Assembly (NCBI GenBank): GCA_039197405.1
Contig: JBCCUH010000001.1
Span: 1-38,965 of the forward strand
DNA: 38,965 nucleotides
Direction: 5' to 3'
Origin: Pseudomonadota bacterium
GTDB taxonomy: Bacteria; Pseudomonadota; Alphaproteobacteria; Rhodobacterales; Rhodobacteraceae
Positions 35,784 through 38,965 of the stretch are shown one piece after another (positions within the stretch are counted from its first letter, which is position 1; each line of letters starts with the position of its first letter). A program made the position numbers and the translations under genes. The notes beneath the pieces were generated by a model. The model searched no databases and had not been told where the DNA came from. It saw only the letters and a list, made by a program, of their open reading frames with translations.

Positions 35784-35878
35784 CCATCCTCCGGGGGGCT
35801 GCCGGACGACACACTCACCACCCCCGCACGTAACCCCACCGGCGCAGGGCAGCGCGCCGGCAAGAGGGATCCGAGCAT

Positions 35879-36145
35879 ATGAACAAAACAATGACACTGC
35901 GCCTGGCGTTTCGCGAAGAAGGCACGATGTGGAACGCCTACTGCGCCCAAACCGGCACGATGAAAGGCGCCTTTCTGATGGGATCCATCGGCATAGGCGC
36001 GGTACGCACGCACCCTGAGCTGAAAGAGGCGTTCATGTCCTTGATGAACGCAGCGTTTCAGTCAGCGGTCGTTCAAATGACAGGCGCAAAGATTGAAAGC
36101 ACCGAAGTCCGACCGGCGCCAGCGCATGAGCGCGGCAAGGCGTAG
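35879..36145 (+). CDS. Hypothetical protein
   Basis: GAGGG RBS; LRLAFREEGTMWNAY. Confidence 0.75.
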   Translation: MNKTMTLRLAFREEGTMWNAYCAQTGTMKGAFLMGSIGIGAVRTHPELKEAFMSLMNAAFQSAVVQMTGAKIESTEVRPAPAHERGKA

Positions 36146-36153
36146 GGGGCAGC

Positions 36154-36357
36154 ATGATAGAACTTTCCCATTCAGTGAGCGGCGGCCAGATCGGTACAGA
36201 GTTGGCAAATGACGAAGAAGAACTGGGCTATACGCTCGTGGCCATCGCGGAAGCCGGCATTGACGACACCGCGATCGCCGATTTCTTGACCACCAACCAG
36301 CGGCGTGAGGTTTGCGACCTGTGCAACTCAATTGCCCTCAGTCTCGCTGACGACTGA
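36154..36357 (+). CDS. Small acidic protein
   Basis: GGGGG RBS; Asp/Glu-rich. Confidence 0.65.
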   Translation: MIELSHSVSGGQIGTELANDEEELGYTLVAIAEAGIDDTAIADFLTTNQRREVCDLCNSIALSLADD

Positions 36358-36369
36358 AAGGATCGCACC

Positions 36370-36555
36370 ATGACCACAACTCCGATCATCATCGCATGGC
36401 TCGCGGGCGCGCTCATCGCGCTGCTCGCCGGCTGGAGCCTAAGCCGCGAGCTGCGCCAGCGCGACCGCGACCAGGACACGGCGCCTGAGGCGCAAGACGA
36501 CTTCGATACCGCGATCCGCAAGTGGGGTCGGCTGATCGACGAGGCCGATCTATGA
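36370..36555 (+). CDS. Small single-TM protein
   Basis: AAGGA RBS; N-terminal hydrophobic helix. Confidence 0.7.
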   Translation: MTTTPIIIAWLAGALIALLAGWSLSRELRQRDRDQDTAPEAQDDFDTAIRKWGRLIDEADL

Positions 36556-36824
36556 AAGTCTCAGCCGTCACGCCACCCTCAGTGGAGCCGTTCTTTGTGG
36601 CCCAGACCGCCGAGGCTGAACACTTGGCCGCGCCCCACTTGTGGCAGCAGGCCCAGCTGGAAACGGCCGATTTGTCGCGGGCAGGCTGGCAGCGTCTGAC
36701 CATCCGCTACCAGGCCCCGCGGTGCCTGCTGCTGGAAATATGGGAACAGCGCCCAGCTGGTGATGTCGAGCCGCAATATGCGTTTTCCGCAGCACCGGAG
36801 GGGGAGGGCGTATGGCCTTTATAG
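36552..36824 (+). CDS. Hypothetical protein
   Basis: ATGA overlap at MKVSAV. Confidence 0.6.
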   Translation: MKVSAVTPPSVEPFFVAQTAEAEHLAAPHLWQQAQLETADLSRAGWQRLTIRYQAPRCLLLEIWEQRPAGDVEPQYAFSAAPEGEGVWPL

Positions 36825-37066
36825 GAAAAGACGAGGTGGCCAAAAAACTTGGACTGCTGGATGGCACCGCGTTCCTGCGCCGGCGCGAGCGGCTGCAGGC
36901 AAAGCATGACTTTCCATTGCCGATGCCTACACAACGCCGTCCCTTGCTCTGGCGTAGTGAGGAAATCGACACCTGGGTAAAGGCCAACGGGAAACCCGAG
37001 ATTGACAAGGAAGTGCAGCCCGCCCGGATCAACGGCGCTCTGCTGCGCTACGCGGCCACCGCATGA
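36812..37066 (+). CDS. xis: Excisionase / AlpA-like HTH protein
   Basis: EVAKKLG...FPLP...LLWRSEEIDTW; ATGA-coupled to the integrase. Confidence 0.8.
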   Translation: MAFIGKDEVAKKLGLLDGTAFLRRRERLQAKHDFPLPMPTQRRPLLWRSEEIDTWVKANGKPEIDKEVQPARINGALLRYAATA

Positions 37067-38241
37067 GCTGGAAACCGATCACTGAACAGGTCACCAACTT
37101 GCGCCAGCGCCGGCGCAGCGATGGATCCGTGCGCGTGTGGTGGGAGGCGACAGCCGATGCGCAGCGTCTCGGTTTCACCACCCACGAATTGGACCCACAC
37201 CGGCCCACTTGGTCTGTTCGGGAGGCTAAGAATTTGAACGAGCAGCTGCGGCGCGCTTCTTTGGGGCATCGGGCAGCCCACGGGTCAGGGCGCCGTACGA
37301 TCTCCGCGCTGATCCACATTTACCGCAACTCGAACAAGTTCAAGGATTTAAAACCTGCCACCCGTCGCAGCTACAACACGATCCTGAAACTGATTGAGGC
37401 GAAATGGGGTCCAAGCCTGGTCATTGAGCTGAGCAAGCCGATCATGTTTTCTTGGTATGACGCACTGCGCGCCAAGCATGGCGTCAGCTATTCCAAATCA
37501 ATCATGCTGATGATGTCCGGCCTGATGTCCTTCGCCGAACGCAGAGGATGGCGCGCCGAGCTGAGCAATCCCTGCGCCGGGCTCGGCTTGAAATCCGCAG
37601 CTCCAGGCACCCGCTTTGCCACCTGGCCGGAGTTTGACCAGATACTGGCCTCGGCTGACAAGCTCGGCCATCAGGCAATCGCCTGCGCCGCTGCACTCTC
37701 CGCGCTCAACGGGGCGCGCCAGACGGATATTCGCGAGGCAGGGTTGGGCGCTGCCACCGCTGCAGTCAGTGGCTTTAAGTGGGTGGATCTGCCCGACACC
37801 AACGGCCGTATGGTCTGGGAGTTTGTTCGCTCCAAGCGTGGAAATCACGGGATCATCGCGGTGCACCAGCTGGCCGCCGGCCGCGTCCAGCAGCTGATCG
37901 ACGCGGCCCGCCCAGGGCAGACCCTGCTGATCACAGATCCGCGCACCGGCAACCCTTACACGCAGCGACAGTTCAACAAGCACTGGCGCGAGGTCCGCGC
38001 CAACGCGGCCAAGGTCATGCCATCTGTGGCGGATCTGAAATTCCGGGATCTACGCCGCACTTTCGGTGTTTGGGCACGCGCCGGCGGGGCCATCAAGGAA
38101 GACATTGGCGACGTGCTGGGGAACTCGGCCGCGGTCGATCCGATCCTGGGCGAAACATATATGCCGCCGCAATTCGATAGCGCCCTGCGCGCGATCGACG
38201 CGATCAAGCGGCCCGAAAGTGGAGAAACGGGGCAGAGCTGA
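37063..38241 (+). CDS. int: Tyrosine integrase
   Basis: LKPATRRSY, NGARQTDI, RSKR, FRDLRRT, VLGN, ETY; next to the tRNA. Confidence 0.93.
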   Translation: MSWKPITEQVTNLRQRRRSDGSVRVWWEATADAQRLGFTTHELDPHRPTWSVREAKNLNEQLRRASLGHRAAHGSGRRTISALIHIYRNSNKFKDLKPATRRSYNTILKLIEAKWGPSLVIELSKPIMFSWYDALRAKHGVSYSKSIMLMMSGLMSFAERRGWRAELSNPCAGLGLKSAAPGTRFATWPEFDQILASADKLGHQAIACAAALSALNGARQTDIREAGLGAATAAVSGFKWVDLPDTNGRMVWEFVRSKRGNHGIIAVHQLAAGRVQQLIDAARPGQTLLITDPRTGNPYTQRQFNKHWREVRANAAKVMPSVADLKFRDLRRTFGVWARAGGAIKEDIGDVLGNSAAVDPILGETYMPPQFDSALRAIDAIKRPESGETGQS

Positions 38242-38561
38242 TGACCAAACCGAACAAAAGCGCACTGGCCACCCGGAAACCAGCCAGCGGGTGGCTCAAC
38301 GATCCGCGCAAGGAGCGTGACCAGGAAAAGATCGGCGGCGGCTTTTTCATATTCAGGCGCGGCGGCCGCACCGGACGGATCCGGCCAAGCCGGTGGCCCT
38401 TCGAGTACGCGAGTTTTGATGATGCAACAGCCCGGGCGAGGGCGCTCAGCGCGCGGCTACCGGGCGAAAAATTCATCGTTGCCGGTCAACTTGCGGTTTT
38501 TGAAACCGACCTTATGTTAACTCCGTCCGGGCCGGACGCATCCGGACGCCCGGACGGATAA
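38241..38561 (+). CDS. Hypothetical protein between int and att
   Basis: TGATG coupling to int; GGGFFIFRRG...WPFEY. Confidence 0.7.
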   Translation: MTKPNKSALATRKPASGWLNDPRKERDQEKIGGGFFIFRRGGRTGRIRPSRWPFEYASFDDATARARALSARLPGEKFIVAGQLAVFETDLMLTPSGPDASGRPDG

Positions 38562-38601
38562 GAAAAGGAGGAATGCAAAACACTTTGAAATCAGTGTGTT
38601 A
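38524..38601. promoter_or_regulatory. att arm: candidate integrase arm-type repeats and IHF site
   Basis: CCGGACG at 38532, 38542, 38550 and inverted at 38524; AATCAGTGTGTTA (38589-38601) fits WATCARNNNNTTR. Confidence 0.6.
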
Positions 38602-38677
38602 TGGTGCCCCCACACGGACTTGAACCGCGGACCTACTGATTACAAATCAGTTGCTCTACCAGCTGAGCTATAGGGGC
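38602..38677 (-). tRNA. trnT: tRNA-Thr(TGT), integration target
   Basis: GCCCCTATAGCTCAGCTGGTAGAGCAACTGATTTGTAATCAGTAGGTCCGCGGTTCAAGTCCGTGTGGGGGCACCA; full cloverleaf with CCA. Confidence 0.98.
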
Positions 38678-38803
38678 ACTGCGGCGTCGTTTAGTCAGTT
38701 TGCGCGCAGCGCGCAAGAGGGTAAATGAGCCGCGGTTTGCGTTTGAACCCAAGTCGTTCTCAAGCTAGTTTGACGGAACGCAAATCCAATCGTGCGGAGC
38801 TAT

Positions 38804-38965
38804 ATGCAGCTGGTTTTCCACACAGGCGCACACTTCACCGAAGAAGAGCGCCTGATGAAATGTCTTCTGAAAAACAAGGAAGCGTTTGGAGCCCGGGGCG
38901 TGGCGGTGCCGGGCCCGGGGAAGTACCGCAATCTGCTGCGGGAGACGATGGAAGCGATGGATGTG
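38804..38965 (+). CDS. Host conserved hypothetical protein (partial, sulfotransferase-like start)
   Basis: MQLVFHTGAHFTEEERLMKCLLKN... after GGAG; open to the window edge. Confidence 0.75.
   Translation, partial: MQLVFHTGAHFTEEERLMKCLLKNKEAFGARGVAVPGPGKYRNLLRETMEAMDV

Larger units (their letters stand above)
1..38601. mobile_element. Temperate podovirus-like prophage (BPP-1/T7-like structural module) integrated at tRNA-Thr; left end outside window
   Basis: Contiguous integrase, repressor, primase/helicase, terminase, portal, capsid, tail tube, ejection, fibre and lysis genes abutting the 3' end of a tRNA. Confidence 0.96.

Overview
Almost the whole window (1..~38601) is a temperate podovirus-type prophage with a BPP-1/T7-like virion module. 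The host is probably a Rhodobacteraceae-type alphaproteobacterium. The phage is integrated at the 3' end of tRNA-Thr(TGT) at 38602..38677 (-); its left end lies outside the window. From right to left: host gene, tRNA/att, integrase, excisionase and early + strand genes, cI/cro switch, early - strand operon (Tad2/DUF2829-like protein, primase, papain-like peptidase, VPLPA-CTERM protein, helicase), a palindromic iteron origin, terminase, portal, scaffold, capsid, tail tube, ejection proteins, tail fibre, lysis cassette and GTA-type head-spike genes. The most unusual observation is an accessory cassette among the ejection genes. It has a complete C4-type antisense-RNA switch controlling a Bro-N protein whose C-terminus is a clear paralogue of the phage helicase C-terminal (probable origin-binding) domain. 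It is followed by a small gene with a second paralogue in another moron that shares leader motifs. All family assignments come from motifs recognised by eye; no database search was run.
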